Shown: piece by piece, positions 19,251 through 28,435 of the stretch
Position numbering within the stretch: the first letter of the stretch is position 1
Layout: the number at the start of each line of letters is the position of its first letter
Assembly: GCA_003135135.1 (NCBI GenBank)
Contig: PLDK01000007.1
Span: 2,202 to 66,201, forward strand
Direction: 5' to 3'
DNA: 64,000 nt
Source of the DNA: Deltaproteobacteria bacterium
GTDB taxonomy: Bacteria > Desulfobacterota > Binatia > Binatales > Binataceae
Program-made: the position numbers and the translations under genes
Notes under the pieces: model-generated
Told to the model about the DNA's origin: nothing
What the model saw: the letters and a program-made list of their open reading frames with translations, nothing else
Databases searched by the model: none

Positions 19251-20960
19251 TCACTCGAGCGACCTCAGAAAACTCCCCACAAAAAGCTTGATCTGCCACT
19301 CGAGCATCGCTTTCACCCATAATCGTTCGAGGACGGGTAAGGTATTGACGGCCGAGTCGATGATCGTGTTGAGGCGATCCTGCACTCGCTGGATCTGCGC
19401 AGGGTTGATTTCCGGAGCAGGAGGCACAGGCTGAAGCTGCTGGTTCGGCAATATCAGGAATTGCCGCGTTTCTTTGGTTTGCACCGCCTGCCAGACCTCC
19501 AGAGCGTCTGCGACACCTTGCGCGAAATCGTGCATGCGAATGCCAACGTCGAAGAAGCCGCTGAACGCGTATAGGGGATCGCCGGCAAGCTTCATTTTTG
19601 GACTGACGAGAATAGGCTCGAATGCGACCTTGTCGGTCACATCCATCGCAAGATCGATTAGCAGACCAAATTCGATGAATAGCTGCTGTCGGTCCGGCGG
19701 CAGGCTCCGTGCCCCGCCATAAGCGACGGGAGCTTCCACTTGGAGGTCGGAAATAAAGTGCGCGCGGAAGTAGTTCATTTGCTCCTCACTCAGGCCACGC
19801 GCGGCGCCGAGCTTGTTGACCATTTCCGGCAGCCACGAAGGAGTCGTTAGATCGCCCGAAGTGACATGGATGTAATATTCCAGTTGTGCGACCAGGTCCT
19901 GACGTATCTTTACGCGGCGATTCACCTCGGGGATTCCGCGTACCCCCGACTGCTGTACTTCCTCGAGCGCTCCGCCGAGTATGCGGCCGACCATCTGAAA
20001 TGGATCGACGTTCAGCATGTTGGTGCCATCCAGGAATTGCGGATTCGCCGGCCAGTCGTCTGGGTCTTGACCCGGTTCGGGTTCGATCATGAAGTAGCGC
20101 CGTTCTGTATCGCTAAAGTCGTCAGCATCAGCTCCCCAGTCGATCTCGTGCGCGAGGTTTATCGCCTGCCCGACGGGGTCGTTGTCGTACAACCCGCCGT
20201 CCGTGAAGTAGTCTAGGTTCCAGTTCTTCTGATCGTCCATGAGGGCGAGAGCTCTCGGCGCGAATGCGAAGGGAAAAGCTCCACAGGCGATGGCGCATGC
20301 TATCATTCCGGCAAATGCGCCATTGGAATCGAGAAGAGTTCCGCTCGCGGGTTGTGAGATCGACGATACACCGTCTCCTGTGAAGGTTGCTCCAAGTACG
20401 CCCTCCGTGTTTGGCTTCACACGGATGTCAAATCGCGAAAGAGCAGCGTGCTCGTTGAAAAAGAATTCTGTGCCGGTAAAGGTGGGCACGGTCTGCAGGC
20501 CTTGGCCCAGCCGCGAATGCGTCAACGCCAGAGCGATGTGAGCGCCCCCCGAACTTAATGGGTCACGTAAAACAGAATGGCATGCGACTGTGTTGGGATA
20601 TTTGATGTAGTCACTTGCTATTTTGTCGATTGCGCCCGATACGAATAGAAAATTCGGAGAAAGCCCGGCTCCGTTCTGTGGATCCAATATGTCGAGTGAG
20701 ATCTGATCAACCCACACCGTCTTCAGCACATTCTTGTCCGGCGCCTGGCCGGCAAGTGAACTGTTGAGCAGGACCATGGCGAGCAGGGTCGCCGTCATTC
20801 CCCCCGCGCTGGCCCCGGTGAGCGCATCTATGTACCACTTCACTGAGTTATTTCGATTGTTATAGTCCAAGAGAAATAGCGTCTCAGCGATGACGCCAGC
20901 CTCGTATGCTCCCAAGGAAACACCACCTTTTATTGCGATCGCCAGCCTACGCTCCGGCAT
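19251..20960 (-). CDS. patatin-like phospholipase (Ser-Asp dyad)
   Basis: Oxyanion/Gly motif IKGGVSLGAYEAGV, nucleophile motif LTGASAGGM (GxSxG), catalytic Asp motif FTDGGLYDNDP. 569 aa with a long C-terminal extension. Confidence 0.8.
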   Translation of the reverse strand: MPERRLAIAIKGGVSLGAYEAGVIAETLFLLDYNNRNNSVKWYIDALTGASAGGMTATLLAMVLLNSSLAGQAPDKNVLKTVWVDQISLDILDPQNGAGLSPNFLFVSGAIDKIASDYIKYPNTVACHSVLRDPLSSGGAHIALALTHSRLGQGLQTVPTFTGTEFFFNEHAALSRFDIRVKPNTEGVLGATFTGDGVSSISQPASGTLLDSNGAFAGMIACAIACGAFPFAFAPRALALMDDQKNWNLDYFTDGGLYDNDPVGQAINLAHEIDWGADADDFSDTERRYFMIEPEPGQDPDDWPANPQFLDGTNMLNVDPFQMVGRILGGALEEVQQSGVRGIPEVNRRVKIRQDLVAQLEYYIHVTSGDLTTPSWLPEMVNKLGAARGLSEEQMNYFRAHFISDLQVEAPVAYGGARSLPPDRQQLFIEFGLLIDLAMDVTDKVAFEPILVSPKMKLAGDPLYAFSGFFDVGIRMHDFAQGVADALEVWQAVQTKETRQFLILPNQQLQPVPPAPEINPAQIQRVQDRLNTIIDSAVNTLPVLERLWVKAMLEWQIKLFVGSFLRSLE

Positions 20961-21002
20961 AATTGTTCCTCGGGTGTTTCAATCTGCCTTCCGTGGGTCG
21001 AC

Positions 21003-21983
21003 TCAATAGGAGAAAGGCAGTGTGTTGCTATTTAGACCGTTGACTGTGACACCGATTTGAACGCGTTTGCCCGCAACCCATGCGGGTCCAGAGAGATTCA
21101 GCGCCGGAAGATTCAGGGTAATCTCGCTGTCAGCCCACGCACCCGACGGCACCGGCGTACCGTCAAGCGTGACCGTACTCCCGCCCGTAGACGCGCCGAA
21201 TCCATTCCCGAGAATCTTGATCGCCAAGGGCTTGCCGCTGCCGGTTGAGGGAGAAAGCCCTGTCACGACAGGGACGCTGCTAAAAGTGAGTTTGTTGAAA
21301 ACGTAGGTGCCGTGGCCGATTCCCATCAATACTGCGAGCGCCTCATCGATATCAGGGAGGCTTTTCAGGCCCGGCTTTGGCCCGTAAACGTGCTCGTAGA
21401 CGCTTACCAGAAAAATTCCCAATGCAACGAATGTCCATGCCAGCATCTGGAACTTGACCAGATCGGGATCACCGCCGTCGTTCGTAATCAGATCCGAAAG
21501 GCTTTGCCCGTCGGGCGCGGTCGGTTTGGCGACCTTGCCGGAACTTACGTAACTGCTGGTGATTCCCTTTGCGGCCACTGCGGTAGCACTCGAAAAGCCC
21601 ATCGCCAGCAAGAGCCCCGGTGGAAAGGTGTCGATCGGCTCGAATGTCTGCTGTTTGACTCTGGCCACGGTGATCACGACATAAGCGAAGATCGCGACAG
21701 CGGTCCACAGCCAGAACTGAAACTTTGATGTACTAGCGCGTCCGTCCTCACCCTCGACGAGTTTCCACGGGTGATTTCCGGTAATTGCGAGATGGAGCAA
21801 CCACAGCAGGACCATTGCGATGAAGCCGCATATGAATGGCCGATCGAGGTACCATTGCAAAGTCTGATCACGCCAGCGCTCGGGCACCAGCGCAATCATC
21901 GCACCCACGGAGGCCGCGACCAGCAGCGACAGGGCTAAACCCGCTTGCGTAGGCAGGTTTTTCGGGCTCATTGTCACCACCAC
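21003..21983 (-). CDS. polytopic membrane protein with a C-terminal IPT/TIG (Ig-like) domain
   Basis: Four or five predicted TMs. The C-terminal PVVTGLSPSTGSGKPLAIKILGNGFGASTGGSTVTLDGTPV... is a typical IPT/TIG beta-sandwich. Alternative ATG start at 21971 (MSPKNL). Confidence 0.55.
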   Translation of the reverse strand: MVVTMSPKNLPTQAGLALSLLVAASVGAMIALVPERWRDQTLQWYLDRPFICGFIAMVLLWLLHLAITGNHPWKLVEGEDGRASTSKFQFWLWTAVAIFAYVVITVARVKQQTFEPIDTFPPGLLLAMGFSSATAVAAKGITSSYVSSGKVAKPTAPDGQSLSDLITNDGGDPDLVKFQMLAWTFVALGIFLVSVYEHVYGPKPGLKSLPDIDEALAVLMGIGHGTYVFNKLTFSSVPVVTGLSPSTGSGKPLAIKILGNGFGASTGGSTVTLDGTPVPSGAWADSEITLNLPALNLSGPAWVAGKRVQIGVTVNGLNSNTLPFSY

Positions 21984-22201
21984 TTTCTGGCGAGCGGCCT
22001 CCCGGTCCCATCCTCAAATTGACCGCCCCTTCCTAATACGGCGGAGTTTCTAGCATTCGGGCCGAGATAATGGAAGCAGAAAGTGTATCTCCATTAGCGA
22101 AGTGTTAACACCCGTCACTGCATCTGAGCGGCGCGATGAATCATAGGCTGAGTCGAAAACTGGTTCGACCATGCGGGCGATCAGTCACAACACACCGTCA
22201 G

Positions 22202-22483
22202 TCACAACAAAAGGCAATCTGTTGAAGAGGAACAGCCTCGGATCAGGTAGCTATTTTTGCCGTCGAAAGGCCTCAGCTGGTCCTTGCGTGCGCGTTCGGC
22301 TTCGGCAATGAGCGTGGACAGCTTCTTTCCAACGGCGCGGGCGACTCGCTCGACAACGTCGATGGTCGGCTTGCGGTCGCGGCGCTCCAGGAAAACGACG
22401 TAGGTGTGGTGGCTGCCGGCCCGGCCGGCAATGGCGTAATTAAGCCACTGAGGGCGGGAAACTAAGACACTCAATACGCACAT
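22202..22483 (-). CDS. XRE-family HTH transcriptional regulator
   Basis: ..LNYAIAGRAGSHHTYVVFLERRDRKPTIDVVERVARAVGKKLSTL.. fits the XRE helix-turn-helix pattern. Sits at the head of the minus-strand operon and is divergent from 22660. Confidence 0.55.
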   Translation of the reverse strand: MCVLSVLVSRPQWLNYAIAGRAGSHHTYVVFLERRDRKPTIDVVERVARAVGKKLSTLIAEAERARKDQLRPFDGKNSYLIRGCSSSTDCLLL

Positions 22484-22659
22484 TACTTCATGCTTCTATG
22501 CGTCATTCGGATCGTGCTCGACTTCGCAGATTTCCGAAGATTCTACGGTATCACCGGTTTGAAAACCTGGCCGATCTACGCAATAACAGCTCCATGAATG
22601 AATAGCGCCGATCGACCGCGAAGTCAGGCAGACAGCACACGTAAACACGAAGACTGAAC

Positions 22660-23040
22660 ATGAAGCCCCGCCACGCTCTCACAATGACGCATTGCCCCCA
22701 CTGCGGAGCGAGGATCGTGCCCACGCCGAGAGAACTCAAGCAGTGGCGAAAGGCTGCCGGTTTGACGCAGCGCAAGATCGCTGCGCTTCTCAAGATCACT
22801 GCTGCGCATGTCACCTATCTGGAGCGCGGGAAACGATCACCCAGCACGGCTCTGATCGCGCGCTATTGGAAATTCGCGCCCCACACTTCGGCGTTCGAGC
22901 TGACCGAACGTCAACGCCAAGTTACGCAACTGCGAAGCATGCGTCTTACCTACGCTGCCATTGGCAGACAACTCGGCATCAGTGCAGAACGGGTGAGACA
23001 GATCGAAATGCGGCTACTGCGCCGCGTCCGTTTGAGTTAA
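22660..23040 (+). CDS. two-HTH regulator: N-terminal XRE-like HTH plus C-terminal sigma-70 region-4-like HTH
   Basis: N-terminus: Cys/His pair CPHCG, then LTQRKIAALLKITAAHVTYLERGKRSP. C-terminus: LTERQRQVTQLRSMRLTYAAIGRQLGISAERVRQIEMRLLRRVR. A paralogous C-terminal module occurs at 28001-28228. Confidence 0.55.
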   Translation: MKPRHALTMTHCPHCGARIVPTPRELKQWRKAAGLTQRKIAALLKITAAHVTYLERGKRSPSTALIARYWKFAPHTSAFELTERQRQVTQLRSMRLTYAAIGRQLGISAERVRQIEMRLLRRVRLS

Positions 23041-23238
23041 GCCACCTCGCGTTTTCAAATTCAGACAGTCAAGCGCGAATTAAGACTGCCGTCGCTACCG
23101 AATACCTAATCCAGGGTGACGGGCGGGTCAGGCTGTGATAGTGGAACGCCGATGGTCGAGTTCCTGACCAAACTCCTGCTCGTCGCGCGATCCCGCCTGA
23201 TGTCACGGGCGAGACTCGAGGCCGAAAACATCGTGAGC

Positions 23239-23308
23239 CTACCAAAAACTCCGAAAGGGTTTAAAAGTCTAGAGTTTTGAATTTACCGCCATGACGTCGC
23301 GTGCATGG
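23239..23308. repeat. solo IS-end remnant (copy A), homologous to the left end of the degraded IS at 28393-28462
   Basis: The motifs ctaccaaaaMctccgaa, aaaagtctagagttttg and ccgccRtRRYgtcgcStgcatg are shared with 28393-28462. In copy B the last motif is the start of the transposase reading frame. About 80% identity over 70 bp. Confidence 0.5.
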
Positions 23309-23600
23309 GTAGTTCCAAAGGACCTGCTAGCCAGCCAGACAAGATCGGCGAATCTTTGGTGAATCGAGCCGACTGGTCGCTTTCTCAAAACCTGGTTTGC
23401 GCCGCGGCAGCCGTCTGTCGGAACCAGTTCATTACGCCCCTCAGGCTATGCGAGGCCGTCTAGATTTGCGAAGGAATTCGGGCCGGACGAAGTTTTGAGA
23501 AGCAAGCAAATTCCAAGGCTCAGGATCCTGGAGGAATGCAGATCTCTCTCCGAAAGCAATTTGCGGCCAAGCCATGGTGTTGTTCAAAGGAGGACGCCCT

Positions 23601-24755
23601 ATGCAGCGGCGAATAGTTCGGTTAACCCGGCAAGAACTATACGAGAAGATGTGGTTGCGACCCGCGATCTCTCTCGCTGAGGAATTTGGAATCAGCGGAC
23701 GCGGCCTGGGCAAGATCTGTAGTCGCTTCGGGATTCCCGTCCCTCCCCGCGGCTACTGGGCGAAACTTGCGGCAGGAAAGCATGTGACCAGGATCCCGCT
23801 TCCGACCGCGAAATCTGACCTTCCTTCAGAAATCTTGATTCAGCCTTCGCCAGAAGGCCCGGAAGCTGCCTTGCCGGAGCAGGTTCGAGCAGAGGTCACC
23901 GCCGTCCTCGAGAATCGCGATCAAATCCGAGTTCCCGAAACGCTCCGTAGCCCGCACCCAGTTGTCGAACGCTGGCTCGAGCAGAAGCGGGAGCGCCGGA
24001 AAGTCGACCAGCTATCTGGCCGGCGGAGTGAACCTCCGCTCGGCGCGACTGAACGCCGCAAGCTCAGGATTCTTAGTGCGATCTTCAGTGAGATTGAAAA
24101 GCTCGGACACGCGGTCAAGGAAACTCGCGGCGAGGTCTATTTCGAAATCGGAGCGCAGAGACTCGACTACAAAGTTTCAGAGCACTGCAAGCAGGTCCAA
24201 ATTCAATTGAGCGATGAGGAGAGGCGTCGCTCCTGGAATCCGGCCATCGCCACCAGGACCGACCTTGAGGCAACCGGGGAGCTCTGTTTCGAAATCACGA
24301 CCTATATTTCTGAGCCGATCAGGAAACGCTGGCGCGATGGCAAACGGAAGAAGCTGGAAGAGCAGCTTGGCGAACTAATTGCGGGTTTGATTAAAGCTGC
24401 CGCAATCCGGAAGGAGTGGGAGCGCGTCCGGGTTGACGAGGAGCGGCAGCGGCAGGAGTTAGAGAGACGGCGTATGGAGCAGGAACGGCTACGGCGCATC
24501 GACGCCGCAAGATGGCGACACATCTGTGAACTGGCAACGTTGTCGCGCCAGGCTAGTATTGTCCGCATCTTTCTCGATGAACTTGAGGAACGCGCGAAGA
24601 AAACGCTGGGAGAGCATGAATTGCCGGCGGAGACTCGCGATTGGTTCAGTTGGGCACGAAACCGAGCCGACGCAGCCGATCCGGTCCTCAGAGCGGCCCA
24701 TAAATTGGTCGCTGAGAATTCCTCAATAAATGAATGGACCTATCGCGATCGGTGA
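23601..24755 (+). CDS. hypothetical protein: N-terminal HTH-like region plus a long charged (E/R-rich) coiled-coil (KfrA-like architecture)
   Basis: Perfect SD aaaggagg 7 nt before the ATG at 23601. N-terminal LTRQELYEKMWLRPAISLAEEFGISGRGLGKICSRFGIPVPPRGYWAK. C-terminal ..EERQRQELERRRMEQERLRRIDAARW.. Confidence 0.55.
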   Translation: MQRRIVRLTRQELYEKMWLRPAISLAEEFGISGRGLGKICSRFGIPVPPRGYWAKLAAGKHVTRIPLPTAKSDLPSEILIQPSPEGPEAALPEQVRAEVTAVLENRDQIRVPETLRSPHPVVERWLEQKRERRKVDQLSGRRSEPPLGATERRKLRILSAIFSEIEKLGHAVKETRGEVYFEIGAQRLDYKVSEHCKQVQIQLSDEERRRSWNPAIATRTDLEATGELCFEITTYISEPIRKRWRDGKRKKLEEQLGELIAGLIKAAAIRKEWERVRVDEERQRQELERRRMEQERLRRIDAARWRHICELATLSRQASIVRIFLDELEERAKKTLGEHELPAETRDWFSWARNRADAADPVLRAAHKLVAENSSINEWTYRDR

Positions 24756-25000
24756 ACCTGGTCTGCACCCAAAACCAAGCCGAAATGAGTAGAGTCGGTC
24801 GCCTGATGATCGCCCCGCGTTACCGCGACGCCCGCAAGACTCGGTTCCAACCCTGCCCGCTACGGCTCTGGTCGGACGGGACTTTCACCCGCGTGCCCTT
24901 CGGCAGCTTTTCCCAACGCACTGTCAAATGTTGTGGATCGGCCGGGCATGATCAGGCGGCTTCCCTCGGTTGGTTGTCGCTTGAGTGAGTAATGTTTTTC

Positions 25001-25037
25001 GGTCGGTCCTGGCGGACGGAGTCCGTCAGGACCGACC
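25001..25037. other. 37-nt near-perfect palindrome/hairpin between convergent genes; possible non-canonical bidirectional terminator or protein-binding site
   Basis: ggtcggtcctggcggacggagtccgtcaggaccgacc, a stem of 11 bp or more with a palindromic centre, flanked on one side only by an aatgtttttc T-run. Lies between the stop of 23601-24755 and the stop of the PAS gene. Confidence 0.3.
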
Positions 25038-25049
25038 ACCGGGAGTTAT

Positions 25050-25799
25050 TCAACCAAGCGAGACCGAACCTGGACCTTGATCTCCACCGCCATTGAAAAT
25101 GTCTCCGACAGACGCTGTTCGCGCACTTACTTTGGTCCGTGCTGTGTTGGCACGTCCACGATTTCTCAACTTGGCGCGCTCGACGAGCATCGCCGCCTCG
25201 TCTTGGTCCGCGATTTGTTCAGAGACTGTAGCAATATATTGGGGCCCTCGCACTTGGTGCCTACCAATCCCCCAGAGGGTATCTTTCGTGAGCACGAAGC
25301 TGCGGTTACCGGTAGCTCTCCACTCGACAAGCTCGCATGAATCGATCTTGCCGTTTAACAACAGTTTGGCGATTTTGGAAAATCGCGGGATGTCCGCTGG
25401 ATGAAGAAGCTGCTCGAGTGACATACGCTGGAATTGGACCGGGCTGAATTGAAACAAATGACAGTAGGATTCACTGACTGAAACAAAGCGCAGATCGCGC
25501 TTGAGAACCGAATGGGAGAGCGAGGGAAACTCTTCGAGCTTATGAGCGGCGAAGTGCTCCAACACCGGGTCTTTCCGAAGGGTCAAGATTTGTTTTAAAA
25601 GCAGCTGTTGTTCAATCAACGCGTCCGCGACTTGCTCGAGAACAGGCAACACCTTGGGAAGGCTGTGGACCGGAGTGATGAGGTGACCGACCGCGTCATG
25701 AATCAATGCTAACATTCCGTTCGTCCCGAGCCGGTCAAGCTCCTTGGATGAAGGGAGTTTATCTGTCAGCCCTCTAATATTCCGAGTGATACTGGTCAT
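25050..25799 (-). CDS. PAS-domain protein
   Basis: PAS-like core ..FVSVSESYCHLFQFSPVQFQRMSLEQLLHPADI..FVLTKDTLWGI... The last about 15 codons (ASVGDIFNGGGDQGPG) derive from a beta-helix-paralogue 3' end (see findings). AT-rich gene. Confidence 0.55.
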   Translation of the reverse strand: MTSITRNIRGLTDKLPSSKELDRLGTNGMLALIHDAVGHLITPVHSLPKVLPVLEQVADALIEQQLLLKQILTLRKDPVLEHFAAHKLEEFPSLSHSVLKRDLRFVSVSESYCHLFQFSPVQFQRMSLEQLLHPADIPRFSKIAKLLLNGKIDSCELVEWRATGNRSFVLTKDTLWGIGRHQVRGPQYIATVSEQIADQDEAAMLVERAKLRNRGRANTARTKVSARTASVGDIFNGGGDQGPGSVSLG

Positions 25800-26287
25800 G
25801 CGAAGATCCCGCCGAGGCCTCGCAACGGCTCAGCTCGCCAACTAAGCCTAATACCAGGTACCTCTGAGCTTGGACGAAATATACTCTCCTATTTGGCGGT
25901 ATACTGCACTACGGCGTTGTTTCTAATACCGTGCCCCAGGTAACCAAAAGTCAAGATAATCGACAGAAAGTGCTCAGAACTCAACATGCTGTCTTAAACT
26001 GTAACATTCGGCTTAACACGTCTAAGCTGTCGAACGTCTCGCTCATTTGTGCTCAGGTAGGCAAGTAAAGAGTATAAATTAAAGGTCCGCTCATGCGCGG
26101 CGATAACTATTGGTCAGCACTCCCTGCCGACGCGGGGAACCAAGCACCCTCATCAAACGCTCTTATCGGAGGAAACATGTCGGCGGCGCCATTCCGTTAG
26201 CGAGCCACGATATGAATCAACGCTGCGTTAACCAATCAGAGTCGCATGGTATATATTCTGGCAAGAGCAACAGGAGGTTTTATCATC

Positions 26288-27121
26288 GTGGTTACTGATT
26301 ACAGCGACTATGAATTCCTCAAAGTCAAAGTGGCGGAGCGCGTCGCGACGATCACGATCAACCGGCCCGATTCGCTCAACGCTGTCAACAACATTCTTCA
26401 TCATGAATTGGAGCAGATCTGGATCGATGTCCGCACCGATCACGATGTCAACGCGATTATACTGACCGGTGCGGGGCGCGCTTTTTGCGCCGGCGGCGAC
26501 GTAAAGGGAATGGCGGCCGGAAACCTGGCCGGCCCCAGCGGCCAGAAAGGAAAAGGGCGAACACGCGATCCGATAGCGGCATCCGACGGGCGGCGCCTGG
26601 TTGACAATTTCCTCGACGTAGAACAACCCATCATAGGCGCCATCAATGGTGATGCGGTGGGTCTCGGAGCGACGCTCGCCCTGCTTTGCGATATCATCGT
26701 GGCATCGGAAAAGGCCCGCTTTGCCGACACCCACGTCAAAATGGGGCTTGCGGCGGGCGACGGCGGCGCGGTTATCTGGCCGTTGCTGATCGGGCCCCAT
26801 CGCGCCAAGGAATTCCTGATGCGCGGCAATTTCATCAATGGCGCCGAGGCCGGCCGTATCGGGATGGTGAATTATGCGGTCGCGCCGGAGCAGGTTATGC
26901 CCAAGGCGCGCGAGCTCGCGCAGGAGCTCGCCGACGGTCCGACCTGGGCGATTCGATGGAGCAAGCTTGCGGTGAACAGGTGGCTCAAGCAGCAGTCCAA
27001 TTTGATTATGGACGCCTCGCTCGCGTACGAGATAATGACCTTCAACACCAAGGATCATCAGGAGGCGGTTAAATCCTTCGTCGAAAAGCGCAAACCCGAT
27101 TTCGTCGGGCAGAAGCAGTAA
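26288..27121 (+). CDS. enoyl-CoA hydratase/isomerase (crotonase) family protein
   Basis: ..ERVATITINRPDSLNAVN...AIILTGAGRAFCAGGDVKGM...INGDAVGLGATLALLCDI... Preferred start is GTG at 26288, 10 nt after AGGAGG; an in-frame ATG at 26246 is also possible. Confidence 0.75.
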   Translation: MVTDYSDYEFLKVKVAERVATITINRPDSLNAVNNILHHELEQIWIDVRTDHDVNAIILTGAGRAFCAGGDVKGMAAGNLAGPSGQKGKGRTRDPIAASDGRRLVDNFLDVEQPIIGAINGDAVGLGATLALLCDIIVASEKARFADTHVKMGLAAGDGGAVIWPLLIGPHRAKEFLMRGNFINGAEAGRIGMVNYAVAPEQVMPKARELAQELADGPTWAIRWSKLAVNRWLKQQSNLIMDASLAYEIMTFNTKDHQEAVKSFVEKRKPDFVGQKQ

Positions 27122-27422
27122 GCCGCTGATACGTGAAGGCCCTTGGCCCCTCGCCGCAGCGAAATCACCTTAAATGTGACCCACTCATTGTTTCGTTGAA
27201 TAGGAATGAAAGTCCTTACATAGCCAGAGGCCATACCGCTGCTGAACTGTGTACGCTCCTTCTGGAGCCTTGTACCCAGGCCGTGTGAGCATTTTGTTGT
27301 AAGACTGCTTTACCTTGTTATCCTCAATGCAAAAGACGGCGTGGTACTTATTTTCGAGGAAGTGCTATAAATCCCACGCTGCTAACAAAGTGCGGATCCC
27401 GCTCACGAAGGCGATAGGATAG

Positions 27423-28004
27423 TTGTTGAAATCCGAGTTTGCGCGCGCTTTGACGAAGCGAAGACCTGAGAGGTGCGTTGGTCCAGGTGGGCCGTTCCCG
27501 GTTTTGATCGTTAGCTTTCTCGCTAGGAGCGATGGGCTTAAGGAAGATCGAAGCGACACTTACGCCGTGGGGCGCCTTGTTTCCGCCGGCGTACCTGTCC
27601 TCGTGGATACCGTACCGGGTCTGATGCACAACAAGGTCATGATCGTCGACGGTGCGACCGTCGTCACCGGCAGCTTCAATTACACCTGGTCGGCCGAGCA
27701 CCGGAACGCGGAAAACCTGTTGGTGATCCATGATCCAACGCTTGCCGCTGAATACACGCAAAACTGGAACATCCATGCGGCCAGGTCGCGGCCTCTGGCC
27801 ACTTCGGCGGAAGGTGCTTCCGCATCCGCGCAAGCAGCTTCGAAAGCAGCGGCCGGGCCGATCGTTGGCAACCGCCGTAGCATGATTTACGAGTGGCCCG
27901 GCTGTCCCTATTACGACAAAATCGCGCCGCACAATCGGGCCGGCTTCCCCAACGCACAGGCCGCGGAAGCGGCCGGATATCGGCCGGCAAAGAATTGCCC
28001 ATGA
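27423..28004 (+). CDS. PLD/Nuc-family HKD nuclease domain fused to a C-terminal Ada-type Zn-binding motif; N-terminus possibly truncated
   Basis: GVPVLVDTVPGLMHNKVMIVDGATVVTGSFNYTWSAEHRNAENLLVI aligns with Nuc (..HDKVIIVDNVTVETGSFNFTKAAETKNSENAVVI). The C-terminal YEWPGCPYYDKIAPHNRAGFPNAQAAEAAGYRPAKNC resembles the Ada_Zn_binding Cys motif. Only about 40 aa precede the Nuc core, and the upstream 300 bp is AT-rich non-coding. Confidence 0.5.
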   Translation: MLKSEFARALTKRRPERCVGPGGPFPVLIVSFLARSDGLKEDRSDTYAVGRLVSAGVPVLVDTVPGLMHNKVMIVDGATVVTGSFNYTWSAEHRNAENLLVIHDPTLAAEYTQNWNIHAARSRPLATSAEGASASAQAASKAAAGPIVGNRRSMIYEWPGCPYYDKIAPHNRAGFPNAQAAEAAGYRPAKNCP

Positions 28005-28228
28005 GCGCGCGGGAGCAATTGCTCAAGGAGAGATGCGCGAGGTTCGGGGCGGTGATTTCGCGCCTCGAGCTGCAAGCTCTCACTAAGCGGCAACGGCAGG
28101 TGGCCGAACTCAGGATCACTGGAATCAGTTTGCAGGCTATCGGAAAGCGGCTTGGGATCAGCGCCGAGCGGGTCCGGCAGATTGAGGCGCGGCTACGCTC
28201 GCGGGCGAAGATTGCTTTGAGTAATTGA
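28001..28228 (+). CDS. small sigma-70 region-4-like HTH protein (paralogue of the 22660 C-terminal domain)
   Basis: MSAREQLLKERCARFGAVISRLELQALTKRQRQVAELRITGISLQAIGKRLGISAERVRQIEARLRSR. Its ATG overlaps the PLD stop as ATGA (28001-28004). Confidence 0.5.
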   Translation: MSAREQLLKERCARFGAVISRLELQALTKRQRQVAELRITGISLQAIGKRLGISAERVRQIEARLRSRAKIALSN

Positions 28229-28435
28229 CGCCAGCTGCACTTGGCGTTCTCATTCGTCATGTGCATCATCGGCTAAGCTCTGTTGCAACGCGAATCACGA
28301 CATTGCAGAAGAAGCAAATCGCTCAACATAGAGGGAACGGGTTCTTTTCCAAGAGGGACTTTAACCGGCTGCTGAAACTTGCTCGCCTGTGGCTACCAAA
28401 ACCTCCGAACGCGCCGAAAAGTCTAGAGTTTTGGG

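Noticed and set aside
24734-24988. 84-aa plus-strand ORF downstream of 23601-24755
   Set aside because: No RBS, no recognisable motif, and it overlaps the region leading into the convergent-gene palindrome. Probably non-coding.
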